This document shows, piece by piece, positions 45,674 through 56,203 of a stretch of DNA of 64,000 nucleotides; position 1 is the first letter of the stretch; every line of letters begins with the position of its first letter. A model generated the notes under the pieces. It saw only the letters and a list, made by a program, of their open reading frames with translations, was not told the origin of the DNA and searched no databases. The stretch is taken from NCBI GenBank assembly GCA_963725655.1, contig CAVRYY010000002.1, forward strand, positions 332,261 to 396,260. The letters are read 5' to 3'. The stretch is from an uncultured Acidobacteriota bacterium (GTDB taxonomy: Bacteria; Acidobacteriota; Terriglobia; Acidiferrales; UBA7541). Position numbers and translations under genes: made by a program.

Positions 45674-48181
45674 CTATTTGCTGAGCACGGTCATGTTGGG
45701 ATCGATCATGATTTTCGACACCGGAACGTGCGATCGGAATCGAAATGCAGTCTCCCGGCCGTTGGTTTCCACTATTCCCAGCAACACCGGCTTTAGCGCT
45801 GTGCGAGCGGCGTACAACGGCACCGGTGCGGTGAAATCCTCCGGGGTATCCTGCTGCTTCAACTTGCCGGTCACCAGGAAATCGCTGCCCTGCGCTTTGC
45901 TGTTGAACTCCACCACGTAATGCGGGATCGCCGTTCCCTGCACCCAGTCCTCGAAAAACCAATCCATCTTGCGGCTGCCTTCAAGGTCCATCGCCGGGGT
46001 CATGAACTTCTCCACCGATTTCTGGAGTTCCGCGTTGGACAGAGTCTTGAAGCGATATTCCGTCAACACGAAATGCAGGAACTCCCGAAAGCGCGCGTCC
46101 GCATCGGCGGCATTCGGGTCGCGCAGCATCATCCGCAGCATGTGAATTACCCACGAACCTTTGCCGTAAATGATGGGCCCGAAGTCACCGGGGGTGCGCG
46201 AAGAATCCAGCCGCGATCCCAAGCTCAACGGACCGGCTTCGGCCACGGGCTCGCCGTTTTTGCCGCCTCTGCCGCCGCCGGACTTGGCGATCAATTCGTC
46301 GCGATAGTGCGTCAGCCAGTGCGCCATAAAATGTTGCGAAGGACTTTTGGAGTCGGTGTACCACAGCGCCAGGTAATTGGCGACAGCTTCCTGAATCCAC
46401 GCGTCGCGATAGCTGGCGGGGGTGCACACGTTGCCCCACCACTGATGCGCCACTTCGTGAAACGGCATCAGGTCATTTAGTTCCTGCTGCTCCTGGACGT
46501 TCGCCCCCACCCGCTGCTGCGCGCCGGACGGCAGGAACACCAGCGTGGGCAGGTACAGCAAGCCGGGCCAGCCTTGTCCGGTCATGTTGGGGACCTGTGA
46601 CACATCCATATGGTCGAATGGAAATGGGCCGTTGGCTTTCTCGAAAAATCGAACCGAATCCAGGAGCGATGCCCCCAGACTTTTCAGCAAACCGGCCGGA
46701 CTAGGCGGAGGAGGCGGATCGCTGGGGCCAGTGAACTGCCCGCGCTGCAGTGAAGTTCCACTTCGCATGCTCAGGATCGCGGGGTTGGTGCGTATCCGGT
46801 CCATTAACGCGTCTTCCATTTGCTGGCTGGCGAACAAGCTGATCTTCGGGCTCTCCCCGCCCAGCGTCTCCACCTGGTAGTCACCGAGGTTGAAGCCCGC
46901 CAAGGCCATCGGAACGGAGGAGCGCCACCGGCCGGAGTGCTGCCCGTGGTCGTCATGGGTCTCCACGCCATTCCCGGTGGCCACCAATTTGAGTCTCCGT
47001 GGCCAGTGAAACGTAAGATCGTATGCGGCGAACTGATCCGCGACGTTCAGGTGCGGATACCAGGTGCCTCGCGCGCCCACGTAATACACTCCGTTTCCCG
47101 CGTCGCTGATCACGCTTCCGTGATAGTGAATGGCGATATGGAATTCTTCCTTGGCCTGGGCCGGCGCCGGCAGCACCACCAGAATCTGATCGTTTCCGCG
47201 GCGCACCATTTCGCGCCGGCTCATATCGTCGTTCTGGAAGAACGCCAGCGCTTTACCCTCCGCGTCGGTGCACTCATCCACTGCCAGATAGCGGGATAGT
47301 TCGAGCGCGATCACCCGGCCGCCGGGATGCAAGGCCCGCAGGTGCAGCGCCGCACGCCCACGCAGCGAGAGGTCGTCTCCGATGGTTGTGTCGAGCGCAT
47401 AGTCCACGGGGGCGAAACTATCCTCCGCTTGCGGAACGCCGGGCAGCGGGTACGACGCCCAGGTGTCGTAGAACGCCTCGCCGTTCACCACCCGAGTCTG
47501 CCCGATCGAGACTTGCTCTTCTCGTTCGCGATCCACGATCACGTCAAACAAGCCCGCTTGCTCGTTGAAGAGCCCTGCGTAGAAATACGGCTGCACATTG
47601 GTCGACAGCCATTCCGCCAGAATCCGTTTCGATTGCCACGGATTCGCGTTGCTGATGATCTGGTCCCAGGCGCGCGCAAGAGAATCGTCGGAAGCCCCGG
47701 TGGCTCCGGATTCCTGCAGGTCTTTTTGAAGCTGCTCCGCGGTGTCGTCGGTAAACCGGAAGAGCGCACGGGAGAAAGACTGATCCAGCAGCGGCACATC
47801 TAAAAATCTGGCGATCGACCTCCGCTCGGCTGGGTCGCGCGGCGTGGCGATGGTATGCCCGCTGCCGACGAAAACCGCTCCGGTGATGCGGCCTTGCAGC
47901 GGCGAGAAAAACGCCAGCTTCCCGCCCGACAGCGTGATCGAAACCGGCCCTCGCCGCAGCTTGACGTCTTGCACGTCGTACACCTGCGCGGCGTTCACCC
48001 GCAGGTCGTTCAGTGCCTGGTATAGCGCGCGCGGCTCCAGCGGCGCGGCCGTCGGTCCTCGGGAATTCTGGGATGGGGAAGGCACCTGAGCCGGCAACGC
48101 CATAACCGCGACAAACGAAAGGCTAATCGCCGGGAGCAGGGTTCTGATTCGCATTTCGATGGGTGCTATCGACTGTAGCAA
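45674..48181 (-). CDS. secreted M1-family metallopeptidase
   Basis: HEVAHQWWG-x-...-E (HExxH-x18-E) gluzincin motif. Signal peptide. Probable start ATG 48154. Confidence 0.85.
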   Translation of the reverse strand: MLQSIAPIEMRIRTLLPAISLSFVAVMALPAQVPSPSQNSRGPTAAPLEPRALYQALNDLRVNAAQVYDVQDVKLRRGPVSITLSGGKLAFFSPLQGRITGAVFVGSGHTIATPRDPAERRSIARFLDVPLLDQSFSRALFRFTDDTAEQLQKDLQESGATGASDDSLARAWDQIISNANPWQSKRILAEWLSTNVQPYFYAGLFNEQAGLFDVIVDREREEQVSIGQTRVVNGEAFYDTWASYPLPGVPQAEDSFAPVDYALDTTIGDDLSLRGRAALHLRALHPGGRVIALELSRYLAVDECTDAEGKALAFFQNDDMSRREMVRRGNDQILVVLPAPAQAKEEFHIAIHYHGSVISDAGNGVYYVGARGTWYPHLNVADQFAAYDLTFHWPRRLKLVATGNGVETHDDHGQHSGRWRSSVPMALAGFNLGDYQVETLGGESPKISLFASQQMEDALMDRIRTNPAILSMRSGTSLQRGQFTGPSDPPPPPSPAGLLKSLGASLLDSVRFFEKANGPFPFDHMDVSQVPNMTGQGWPGLLYLPTLVFLPSGAQQRVGANVQEQQELNDLMPFHEVAHQWWGNVCTPASYRDAWIQEAVANYLALWYTDSKSPSQHFMAHWLTHYRDELIAKSGGGRGGKNGEPVAEAGPLSLGSRLDSSRTPGDFGPIIYGKGSWVIHMLRMMLRDPNAADADARFREFLHFVLTEYRFKTLSNAELQKSVEKFMTPAMDLEGSRKMDWFFEDWVQGTAIPHYVVEFNSKAQGSDFLVTGKLKQQDTPEDFTAPVPLYAARTALKPVLLGIVETNGRETAFRFRSHVPVSKIMIDPNMTVLSK

Positions 48182-48244
48182 TTTACGACAATCGGCGGCA
48201 AGCGCCTTACGCCTGGCCCCGCCAGCCTTGCTAGAATCATAGCT

Positions 48245-50053
48245 ATGCAGCTCCCTTTCCCGCGCTTGGGTCGGCGTGTCTCTAGCGGCAGGACTCCTGC
48301 GCGCGGACGCTTCCGGCCGCTAGCCAGCCTGCAAGCCGGCTTGCTATCGAGCCTGGCGGCAGGGGCGGCGGTGCTGCTGTTCTGCGCGCCTGCATGGGCC
48401 GATACCATCGTGCTGAAAAACGGCCGGCGCATCATTGGGACGAACGTCACCGAAGAAGGTGAGCACGTTCACTACGAAACCGCGGCAGGCGAGCTGAGCT
48501 TGCCCAAGGCCATCGTCGACCGCATCGAACGCAATGGCCTGGCCCCCGGGTCATACGCCGGGTCGGTGAATGTTTCCGCGCCGCCGGTCGAAGCCCCGCA
48601 AGTCGATCCGTCCCAGGGCTACGAAGATGTGGTCCACGGCGCGGTACACGATGGTTCGGTGGACGTTGGCTACCTGGCCAGCGTGGATGCCGAAGCCAGC
48701 GGCGGAAATGCGGCGGCCGTAGCCAAGGTCGCGGCCGCACACTACGCCGCGGCGCAATTTCTACTGGCTAAGGGCGACATGAATCACGCCATCGATCAGT
48801 ATCGCCGTGCGCTGATCTTCGCTCCCGCCAACGTTGGCCTGCTGCTGAATCTTGCGGTCGTCTATCTGCGCCAGAGCCAATACACCGCGGCCATGGACCC
48901 GATCGACCTCGCCGAGCGCGCCGCCCCCAATTCCGCGGACGCCGCGAAGTTGAAGGGCTGGGCCTATTACGGCCAAAACAAAATCGATCAGGCGGTGGCG
49001 GAATGGAAGCGTTCGCTCGCGCTGCGCCAGGATCCCGACGTCCAGCACGCTCTGGATAAAGCCGAACGCGATCGCCAGGAAGAAGAAAGCTACCGCCAGG
49101 GTGAGACGGCTCACTTCGTTCTGAAATATTACGGCGGCGCTACCCCGGACCTCGCCCGCGGCGTGCTCCGCGCGCTCGAGGAGAATTTTCGCCAGATTGA
49201 ATCGGAGCTCGATTACACCCCCACCGATCCGATCGGTGTGATTCTCTACACCGAACAAAGCTTCTCGGACATCACCCGCGCCCCGGGCTGGGCCGGTGCG
49301 CTGAATGACGGCCGCATTCGCGTGCCGGTGCAAGGCCTCACTTCCGTTACCCCGGATCTCGACCGCGTCCTCCGCCACGAATTGACGCACAGCTTCATCA
49401 CTCAGAAAACTCGCAGCCGCGCGCCCACCTGGCTGCAGGAAGGCGTCGCGCAATGGGTGGAAGGCCGCCGCTGCGGCGATTCCGCGTCGGTGCTGGTGGC
49501 GGCGTATGAAGCGAAGTCCGCCCCGTCGTTCGCGAACCTCGAAGGATCTTGGCTGGGTTTTTCGGGGAATACCGCGGCATTCGCCTATGCGTGGTCGCTC
49601 GCCGCCGTGGAATCGATCATCCAGGCCGGCGGCACGGGTGATATCGGCCGGCTGCTCGACGCCATCGCCGGCAGCGCCTCTCCGGAAACCGCACTCCGCA
49701 CCGCTTTGCACTCCAACTACCCGGACTTGGAACAACAGACCGCCGCGTATCTTCGCAAGCAGTACCTAGTAAGTACGCTAACCGTTAACTGCGAAGCCTG
49801 GCACAGCTGTTCTACCACTACCTCTGCATTAAAGCGTGCACAGCAAACTGGCGAGCAGCGCGGCGCGTTCGGGCAACGCCCGGTTCACAACATGTTCGCC
49901 CGAGCCATGCGCTCCGTCGCCCACCGCGCCCATGCCGTCCAGCGTGGGCACGCCCAGCGCTGCTGTAAAATTTCCGTCGCTGCCGCCGCCCGTTGCGGCT
50001 TCCTGCAGCGCAAAACCCATCTGCCCGGCCAATTCTCGAGCCTTCTCAAATAG
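48245..50053 (+). CDS. TPR-repeat protein with peptidase-MA-like domain (3' end uncertain)
   Basis: Signal/TM region, TPR block (AIDQYRRALIFAP ... AVAEWKRSLALRQDP) and HELTHSF. The last 225 nt overlap the convergent M20 gene and read like antisense translation. Confidence 0.7.
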   Translation: MQLPFPRLGRRVSSGRTPARGRFRPLASLQAGLLSSLAAGAAVLLFCAPAWADTIVLKNGRRIIGTNVTEEGEHVHYETAAGELSLPKAIVDRIERNGLAPGSYAGSVNVSAPPVEAPQVDPSQGYEDVVHGAVHDGSVDVGYLASVDAEASGGNAAAVAKVAAAHYAAAQFLLAKGDMNHAIDQYRRALIFAPANVGLLLNLAVVYLRQSQYTAAMDPIDLAERAAPNSADAAKLKGWAYYGQNKIDQAVAEWKRSLALRQDPDVQHALDKAERDRQEEESYRQGETAHFVLKYYGGATPDLARGVLRALEENFRQIESELDYTPTDPIGVILYTEQSFSDITRAPGWAGALNDGRIRVPVQGLTSVTPDLDRVLRHELTHSFITQKTRSRAPTWLQEGVAQWVEGRRCGDSASVLVAAYEAKSAPSFANLEGSWLGFSGNTAAFAYAWSLAAVESIIQAGGTGDIGRLLDAIAGSASPETALRTALHSNYPDLEQQTAAYLRKQYLVSTLTVNCEAWHSCSTTTSALKRAQQTGEQRGAFGQRPVHNMFARAMRSVAHRAHAVQRGHAQRCCKISVAAAARCGFLQRKTHLPGQFSSLLK

Positions 50054-51031
50054 CTCGCCGATCGCCGCGGTGCGTTCCAGCGGGGGACGATCCAATCCGC
50101 CGCTCACCTCGATCCGCGTTCCTTTCAAGATCGGGTGCAGCTCCATGAGTTTCTTTTCCAGCGGCCGGGCATCGGCCGCATGGCTGAATCGCACGTCCAC
50201 CCGCGCGGACGCTTTCTCCGCCACCACATTCGTAGCGCTCCCGCCTTCAATAATATTGGCCTGCACCGTAATCCCGTGCGATGGATCGTTGAATTGCGCG
50301 AGGCGCGCAATCTGAAACGCCAGCTCGTGTACTGCATTTAGGCCGTCCTGCGGATTGATCCCCGCGTGCGCGGCGCGCCCGGTAACCGAAATCTGAATCT
50401 CCCCTACACCCTTGCGCTGGGTCTTCAGGCTTCCGCCGGGGCCCAGCGCCGGCTCCAGCACGAACACCGCTTCGCACTTCCGCGCCTCGCGCTCGATGAT
50501 CCGCCGGGAAGACCCGCTTCCAATTTCCTCGTCGGAGTTCCACAGAAAAATCAGGTTACGGCGCAAGGGAAATTTCAGCGCCCGCAAAGCGTCCACTGCA
50601 AACAGCGCGATCACCAGCCCGCCCTTCATATCAAACGTGCCGGGTCCAAACGTCCGTCCGCGCGCCACCCGCAGCGGCATTCGGCGCAGCGTGCCTTTGG
50701 GGTAGACCGTGTCCAGATGTCCGAGTACCAGAATCGGGCGCAGCCGGTAGCCCTTTTCGGCGATCAACTCCGCGCGAACGTGATTGCCGCGCAGCTTCTG
50801 CGTCAATGTGGTTACCCGTGCGCCGCGCCGCCGCCATTCGTCCGCCACGCGCTTGCCTATCGCGTCCACCGCCGCTTTGTCGTGGCTCGGCGACTCGATC
50901 GAAACGAAATCGCCGAGCAGGTCAACCATTCCCGGCAGACGCAGCTTCAAATCCAGCAGCAATTCCCGTGCAACAGAGAGTCGTGGTGTCATGGCGCCCG
51001 CAATGCTATCAGCGCCACGATTGTCTGGCAA
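49829..51031 (-). CDS. M20-family peptidase (carboxypeptidase G2-like)
   Basis: HLDTV, DMKGG, NSDEEIGS, LEPA, and the C-terminal GAVGDGAHGSGEHV metal-ligand pattern. Alternative start 50992. Confidence 0.85.
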   Translation of the reverse strand: MPDNRGADSIAGAMTPRLSVARELLLDLKLRLPGMVDLLGDFVSIESPSHDKAAVDAIGKRVADEWRRRGARVTTLTQKLRGNHVRAELIAEKGYRLRPILVLGHLDTVYPKGTLRRMPLRVARGRTFGPGTFDMKGGLVIALFAVDALRALKFPLRRNLIFLWNSDEEIGSGSSRRIIEREARKCEAVFVLEPALGPGGSLKTQRKGVGEIQISVTGRAAHAGINPQDGLNAVHELAFQIARLAQFNDPSHGITVQANIIEGGSATNVVAEKASARVDVRFSHAADARPLEKKLMELHPILKGTRIEVSGGLDRPPLERTAAIGELFEKARELAGQMGFALQEAATGGGSDGNFTAALGVPTLDGMGAVGDGAHGSGEHVVNRALPERAALLASLLCTL

Positions 51032-51046
51032 AGTGCGGCGCGCCCC

Positions 51047-51077
51047 GTGACTTTAGTCAGTGACAAAAATTGTCACT
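51047..51077. promoter_or_regulatory. overlapping TGAC/GTCA palindromes in a divergent promoter region
   Basis: tgactttagtca (51048-51059) and agtgacaaaaattgtcact (51059-51077). Further GTCA half-sites follow up to about 51110. Confidence 0.35.
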
Positions 51078-51287
51078 TTCTCGACTCCGCGGTGTCAACG
51101 CCCGCAGTCACGATCACGACTTTCATTTCACTTCCCACTGACACAACCCGCCGCCCACGCAGCTAAGTTAAGCGTCGAAGCAACGAAGTCATCCCGCCCG
51201 CGGGATCACTTCGGCGGGCGCAACCCCGAGGCGCCGCGTTTCCAACTCCAACTCTTCTCAATTACTCAAAAACTTAAGGAGAATTCC

Positions 51288-52406
51288 ATGAAACAGCCCG
51301 AAACACCGAACCAGAAGCGCTCCAATCGGCGGTCCTTTCTACGCAACGGAATGATGGCGGCCGGCGCGGTGAGCGTCGGCGCAGGCCTGATGAGCAGCCG
51401 CGTGCAGTCCGCATTCGCCGACAGCAGCAAGGGCCCGGGAATCACACGCGGGGACGTCGCGATTCTGCGCTGGCTCGCCACCGCCGAACTCATCGAAACC
51501 GATTTGTGGATTCAATATACGGAACTCGGAGGAGTAACGTCGGGCGCCCAGAACACCTATCAACAGGCGTTCCAGTTTCTCGACGGCGATGGCTCGCAGT
51601 ACATCACCAGCAACACCCTGGACGAGCAGAGCCACGCAACATTTATCGACGCATATCTGAAATCCAAGGGCGCCGAGCCGGTGAATCTCGACCGTTTCCG
51701 CGTTCTGCCCAGCAGCATGGCCACCGGCGCAAAGCAAATCGGCCGCTTGACCAACATCATGAATCTCACCGTCGACACAAGCTGGTACACCAAGTACCGC
51801 AGCAACACCAATCCGGAGTTCGGAGCCACTTACCCGCAAGCGCTCACCATCGTCGACCGCCCGGGAATTCCCCGCGACAACGCGGACTTTTCCGACGCGG
51901 ATCACATCCAGGCCATCGCGAACACCGCTGCGTTCCACTTCGCATTCATCGAAGGCGGCGGATCGAGTCTCTACGCCACCATGGCGCAGAAGGTAACCAA
52001 TCTGGAAGTGTTGAAAATCGTTGCCAGCATCGGTGGCGACGAAGTGGCCCACTTCGTCGAGTGGGTGGACTTCGCCGGAAACTCGGTCCAGGGCCCTCCG
52101 TACAACTTTGCCGGCTCGATGGACCCGGTCACCGACAGCGGGTTGACGTTCCCGAATTTCAATCTGCCTCCGTTCGGGACGCCGCTCTACCAGACCAACC
52201 TCATCTTCCCCATCCCGTGCGACTTCATCAGCAAATCGCTGCCGAGGTGCGCGGTGATTCGTCCCTCTCTGGATTCACTTTCGGGAGCACTGGCCGCAGT
52301 GAAGGCGTTCACCGCCGATGGTCTTTTCATCGGCCAATCCAACACCTTCCTGCAAGTGATCCACGAAATCGCCGCCGAAGCCGACGCGGCGCAACGAGAG
52401 CTGTAA
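51288..52406 (+). CDS. Tat-exported ferritin-like domain protein
   Basis: SD aaggag precedes ATG 51288. Twin-arginine signal NRRSFLRNGMMAAGAVSVGAG. DVAILRWLATAELIETDLWIQYTELGG ferritin-like motif. Confidence 0.8.
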   Translation: MKQPETPNQKRSNRRSFLRNGMMAAGAVSVGAGLMSSRVQSAFADSSKGPGITRGDVAILRWLATAELIETDLWIQYTELGGVTSGAQNTYQQAFQFLDGDGSQYITSNTLDEQSHATFIDAYLKSKGAEPVNLDRFRVLPSSMATGAKQIGRLTNIMNLTVDTSWYTKYRSNTNPEFGATYPQALTIVDRPGIPRDNADFSDADHIQAIANTAAFHFAFIEGGGSSLYATMAQKVTNLEVLKIVASIGGDEVAHFVEWVDFAGNSVQGPPYNFAGSMDPVTDSGLTFPNFNLPPFGTPLYQTNLIFPIPCDFISKSLPRCAVIRPSLDSLSGALAAVKAFTADGLFIGQSNTFLQVIHEIAAEADAAQREL

Positions 52407-52466
52407 ACGGCCGCCGCCGGTAGAGAGACCCGGCGGCAGCGATCCTCCGGTAGTCTCGGATCCGTC

Positions 52467-52500
52467 GGGGGAAGTGGGGCCGCCCGGCCCCACTTCTCCC
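52467..52500. terminator. GC-rich hairpin between convergent genes (possible bidirectional terminator)
   Basis: gaagtggggc-cgcccg-gccccacttc (10-bp stem), extendable by flanking G/C pairs. No clear U tract. Confidence 0.4.
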
Positions 52501-52556
52501 AACGCGTTTAGTCGTTGCGGTTGGCAAACCGAAAAAACACGCAGGGACGAAAATTG

Positions 52557-53594
52557 CTAGGCGACAGGCGGCTCGTGCGCGAACGCTACCAGCGCCGCTA
52601 GCTTGGCGCGCGCTGCACCGGAATCGATCGATTCGGCAGCTTGGCGGACGCCGTCGAGGAAACCGTGTGCGTGGTCCGCGGCGACCAGCGCAGCCGCTGC
52701 GTTCGCTTCCACGATCGCACGGTGCGGCCCGGTCTGCCCTTCCAGAATATTGCGGATGATCGCGGCATTCTCTCTCGCGTCTCCGCCCTGAATTTCAGAC
52801 AGAGGCGCGCGCCGCAGGCCAAAATCCTCGGGCGCCAGCTTGTAGGTGCGCACTTCGCCGTCGCGCAGCTCGGCGATGGTGGTTTCCCCAGAAAGCGAAA
52901 TTTCGTCCAGCCCATCGTCGCCATGCACCACGAATGCGCGCCGCGTTCCCAATTCGCCGAGCACACGGGCCAGGATTTCCGTGTAGCTCGGATCAAAGAC
53001 TCCAGCCACCTGCGCGCTCGCGCCTGCCGGATTCGTCAGCGGGCCCAGTAAATTGAAAGCGGTTCGGCCGCGAATTTCTCGCCGCGCAGGCATCGCGTAT
53101 TTCATGGCGGTGTGCGCGGCAGGCGCGAACAGAAAAGCGATCCCCACCTCCCGCAGCGCGCGCGCCGTGGCGCTCGCCGGCAAATCCACGCGGCCGCCGA
53201 GCGCTTCGATCACATCCGCTGACCCGCAGCGCGAACTCATCGAGCGGTTGCCGTGCTTGGCGACGCGCACCCCCGCGCCGGCCACTACAAACGCCGCCGC
53301 CGTGGAAATGTTGAAGGTGCCGGCGGTGTCGCCGCCGGTGCCGCAGGTATCCACCAAAGCCTCATCGGGAGCGAAAAAGCCGGGTGGCACGATCGGCGTG
53401 GCGTGGCGCCGCATCACCGCGGCAAAGCCGGCCAGTTCGTCCACGGTTTCACGTTTATCGCGCAGTGCGATCAGGAAACCGCTGATCTGCGCGTTGGTCG
53501 CCCGGCCGGTGAGGATCTGCTCCATCACCGCTTCGGCTTCGCCACGGGTCAGGTCGTTGCCGGCAACGATTTTTTCCAGTGCGCTCTCGATCAC
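52557..53594 (-). CDS. trpD: anthranilate phosphoribosyltransferase
   Basis: DTCGTGGDTAGTFNIST and KHGNRSMSS motifs. Start placed at GTG 53594 (MIESALEKIVAGNDLTRGEA), giving a typical 345 aa. Confidence 0.9.
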   Translation of the reverse strand: MIESALEKIVAGNDLTRGEAEAVMEQILTGRATNAQISGFLIALRDKRETVDELAGFAAVMRRHATPIVPPGFFAPDEALVDTCGTGGDTAGTFNISTAAAFVVAGAGVRVAKHGNRSMSSRCGSADVIEALGGRVDLPASATARALREVGIAFLFAPAAHTAMKYAMPARREIRGRTAFNLLGPLTNPAGASAQVAGVFDPSYTEILARVLGELGTRRAFVVHGDDGLDEISLSGETTIAELRDGEVRTYKLAPEDFGLRRAPLSEIQGGDARENAAIIRNILEGQTGPHRAIVEANAAAALVAADHAHGFLDGVRQAAESIDSGAARAKLAALVAFAHEPPVA

Positions 53595-53608
53595 GGTAAA
53601 TCCATCTG

Positions 53609-53791
53609 CTACGAGGAGAGTCTGCGGCGCGGGCGGGGAGCCAATTCGCCTCCGCAATTGGGGCAAGTGAGGTTCATGCCTTCGGCGCATTCGTTGCAGA
53701 AGGTGCATTCATACGAGCAAATCCATGCCTCGGCGTCGAGCGCGATGGCTTGTTCGCATTTCTCGCATTTCGGTTTCATTTCCAGAGACAC
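53609..53791 (-). CDS. DUF1272-family zinc-ribbon protein
   Basis: 60 aa. CEKCEQ ... ICSYECTFCNECAEG ... CPNCGGELAPRPRR. Confidence 0.7.
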   Translation of the reverse strand: MSLEMKPKCEKCEQAIALDAEAWICSYECTFCNECAEGMNLTCPNCGGELAPRPRRRLSS

Positions 53792-53921
53792 AAGGCCGCC
53801 TTGCCCGCTCTTTCGCTACCTAGTAAACTCTCTGGTTTGAGCGTGCGGGAATATTAACATCATTCGCGGTTGGTTTTGATGCGGCGCGGCGCCCCGACCG
53901 GCGGCGCCTGAAGGATGGACG

Positions 53922-55085
53922 ATGAAGATTCACGAATACCAGGCCAAAGCGATCCTCGCAAAATTCGGCGTGGCGGTGCCGCGCGGCGAGGTGGTGCTGC
54001 AGAAATCCGACGCTCTCGCCGTAGCCACCCGGCTGGGAACGCCAGTAGTGGTGGTGAAGGCCCAGATTCATGCGGGCGGCCGCGGTAAGGGCGGCGGCGT
54101 AAAGCTCGCGCGTTCGCCGGAAGAAGCGCAAAAGCTGGCCTCGGAAATCCTCGGCATGACTCTGATCACTCACCAGACTGGGCCGGAAGGGCGGGTGGTT
54201 CGCCGGCTGCTGATCGAAGAGGGCTTGGACATCAAGCGCGAGCTCTATCTAAGTATTTTGGTGGACCGCGGTTCCGGCAAGCCGGTTTTCATGGCTAGCG
54301 CCGCGGGCGGCATGGAAATAGAAGAAGTGGCGAAAGACAATCCCGACGCGATTTTGAAAGAGACCATCCACCCGGCCGTCGGCCTCGAACCGTATCAGGT
54401 GAGAAAGCTTGGATTCGGTGTGGGACTCGCGCCGGAGATGATGGCGGCGGCGGTGCCGTTCTTCCAGGCTCTCTACCGCGCGTTTCTGGAAACCGACGCC
54501 ACCCTCCTGGAAATCAATCCGTGCGTGGTAACCGGCGACGGCAAACTGGTCGCGCTCGATGCCAAAATGGCCATCGACGACAACGCCCTCGGTCGTCATC
54601 CCGAATTTCGCGATCTGCGCGACCTGGAAGAAGAAACCCCGCTGGAAGTGGAAGCCTCAAAATTCAAACTCAACTACATCAAGCTCGATGGCAGCATCGC
54701 TTGCATGGTGAACGGCGCCGGCTTGGCCATGGCCACCATGGACATCATTCACTTGAGCGGCGGCAGCGCCGCCAATTTCCTGGACGTCGGCGGCGGCGCT
54801 TCGGAAGAGCAGGTGAAGAACGCGTTTCGCATTCTGCTGAGCGATCCCAACGTGAAAGCGGTGTTCATCAATATTTTCGGCGGAATCTTGCGCTGCGACG
54901 TGCTCGCCACCGGGGTAGTGAAGGCGGCGCGAGAGCTGGATGTGAAAGTGCCGATCGTGGTCCGCATGGAAGGGACCAACGTCACCGAAGGCAAGGCCAT
55001 CCTGAGCAACTCGGGCCTGAATTTCACGGTGGCGGATGGAATGAAGGACGGCGCGGAGAAAGCGGTTGCGCTGGCTGGCAAGTAA
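53922..55085 (+). CDS. sucC: succinyl-CoA synthetase beta subunit
   Basis: MKIHEYQAKAILAKFGVAVP ... canonical ATP-grasp SucC; 387 aa. Confidence 0.95.
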   Translation: MKIHEYQAKAILAKFGVAVPRGEVVLQKSDALAVATRLGTPVVVVKAQIHAGGRGKGGGVKLARSPEEAQKLASEILGMTLITHQTGPEGRVVRRLLIEEGLDIKRELYLSILVDRGSGKPVFMASAAGGMEIEEVAKDNPDAILKETIHPAVGLEPYQVRKLGFGVGLAPEMMAAAVPFFQALYRAFLETDATLLEINPCVVTGDGKLVALDAKMAIDDNALGRHPEFRDLRDLEEETPLEVEASKFKLNYIKLDGSIACMVNGAGLAMATMDIIHLSGGSAANFLDVGGGASEEQVKNAFRILLSDPNVKAVFINIFGGILRCDVLATGVVKAARELDVKVPIVVRMEGTNVTEGKAILSNSGLNFTVADGMKDGAEKAVALAGK

Positions 55086-55131
55086 ATCGTTCTCAATTGG
55101 TCCTAATTATTTTTTTTAGGGAAGGAATGGC

Positions 55132-56001
55132 GTGAGCGTTCTCATCGATTCAAAGACGCGGGTGGTGGTGCAGGGTTTGACCGGGCGTGAAGGCAGTTTT
55201 CACGCGCAACAGATGCTCGAGTACGGCACCAAGGTGGTTGCCGGGGTCACTCCCGGCAAAGGCGGTAGCAAACACCTGGATGTGCCGGTATTCAACACCG
55301 TTGCTGACGCGGTGAAAGCCACCCGCGCCAACGCTTCGGTGATCTTCGTCCCGCCGCCGTTTGCTGCGGACGCGATTCTGGAGGCCGCTGACGCTGGATT
55401 ACCCTTGGTGATTTGCATTACCGAGGGAATCCCCACGCTGGATATGGTGCGGGTGGCCGCCGCATTGAAAGACAATCCCAAGACGCGGTTGGTGGGACCG
55501 AATTGTCCGGGAGTAATTTCGCCGGGCCAATGCAAGATCGGGATCATGCCGGGGCGGATTCACAAGCAAGGCAACGTTGGACTGGTGAGCCGCAGCGGAA
55601 CGCTCACCTATGAGGCTGTGGATCAGCTCACCCGCCTCGGGATCGGGCAGTCCACGTGCATCGGCATCGGCGGCGATCCGATCATCGGCACCAGCTTTCT
55701 GGATTCCGTGCAGCTCTTCAACGACGATCCCGATACCCACGCCATCGTGATGATCGGCGAAATTGGCGGCGATGCGGAAGAGAAGGCCGCCGCGTTTATT
55801 CGCCAGAACGTCAAGAAACCGGTGGTGGGATTCATCGCCGGGCAGACCGCGCCGCCAGGCCGCCGTATGGGCCATGCCGGCGCGATCATCAGCGGCGGGG
55901 AAGGTACAGCGGAAGGGAAGTACGCGGCGATGCGCGCCGCAGGTATTCACACCGTGCAGAGCCCGGCCGATATCGGGGCGACGCTCGCTAAATACATCTA
56001 A
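55132..56001 (+). CDS. sucD: succinyl-CoA synthetase alpha subunit
   Basis: GTG start. [23 protein letters not shown], phosphohistidine loop [10 protein letters not shown]. Confidence 0.95.
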   Translation: MSVLIDSKTRVVVQGLTGREGSFHAQQMLEYGTKVVAGVTPGKGGSKHLDVPVFNTVADAVKATRANASVIFVPPPFAADAILEAADAGLPLVICITEGIPTLDMVRVAAALKDNPKTRLVGPNCPGVISPGQCKIGIMPGRIHKQGNVGLVSRSGTLTYEAVDQLTRLGIGQSTCIGIGGDPIIGTSFLDSVQLFNDDPDTHAIVMIGEIGGDAEEKAAAFIRQNVKKPVVGFIAGQTAPPGRRMGHAGAIISGGEGTAEGKYAAMRAAGIHTVQSPADIGATLAKYI

Positions 56002-56025
56002 CGCGCTAAAGCCTTGGCCCGGGAC

Positions 56026-56097
56026 TTGCGGTTCTACGGTCTTATCTCTTCCGGGCGCCCCACTCTTCGCGGGTTATGCGAAGGGTCGGCGTTTAGC
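56026..56097 (+). repeat. structured intergenic repeat, copy B
   Basis: ttgcggttctacggtcttatctcttccgggcgccccactcttcgcgggttatgcgaagggtcggcgtttagc. It aligns with 41129-41207. Confidence 0.75.
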
Positions 56098-56203
56098 CCT
56101 GGCGTGATGCTGTCTTTCGCGCGGCGTCTCACGATTTCCAAGATTCAGGCGTGCAGCAAGCGAGTTAAGTCAAAAAATTCCGATTCGTGAAACAGGAGCC
56201 AAC

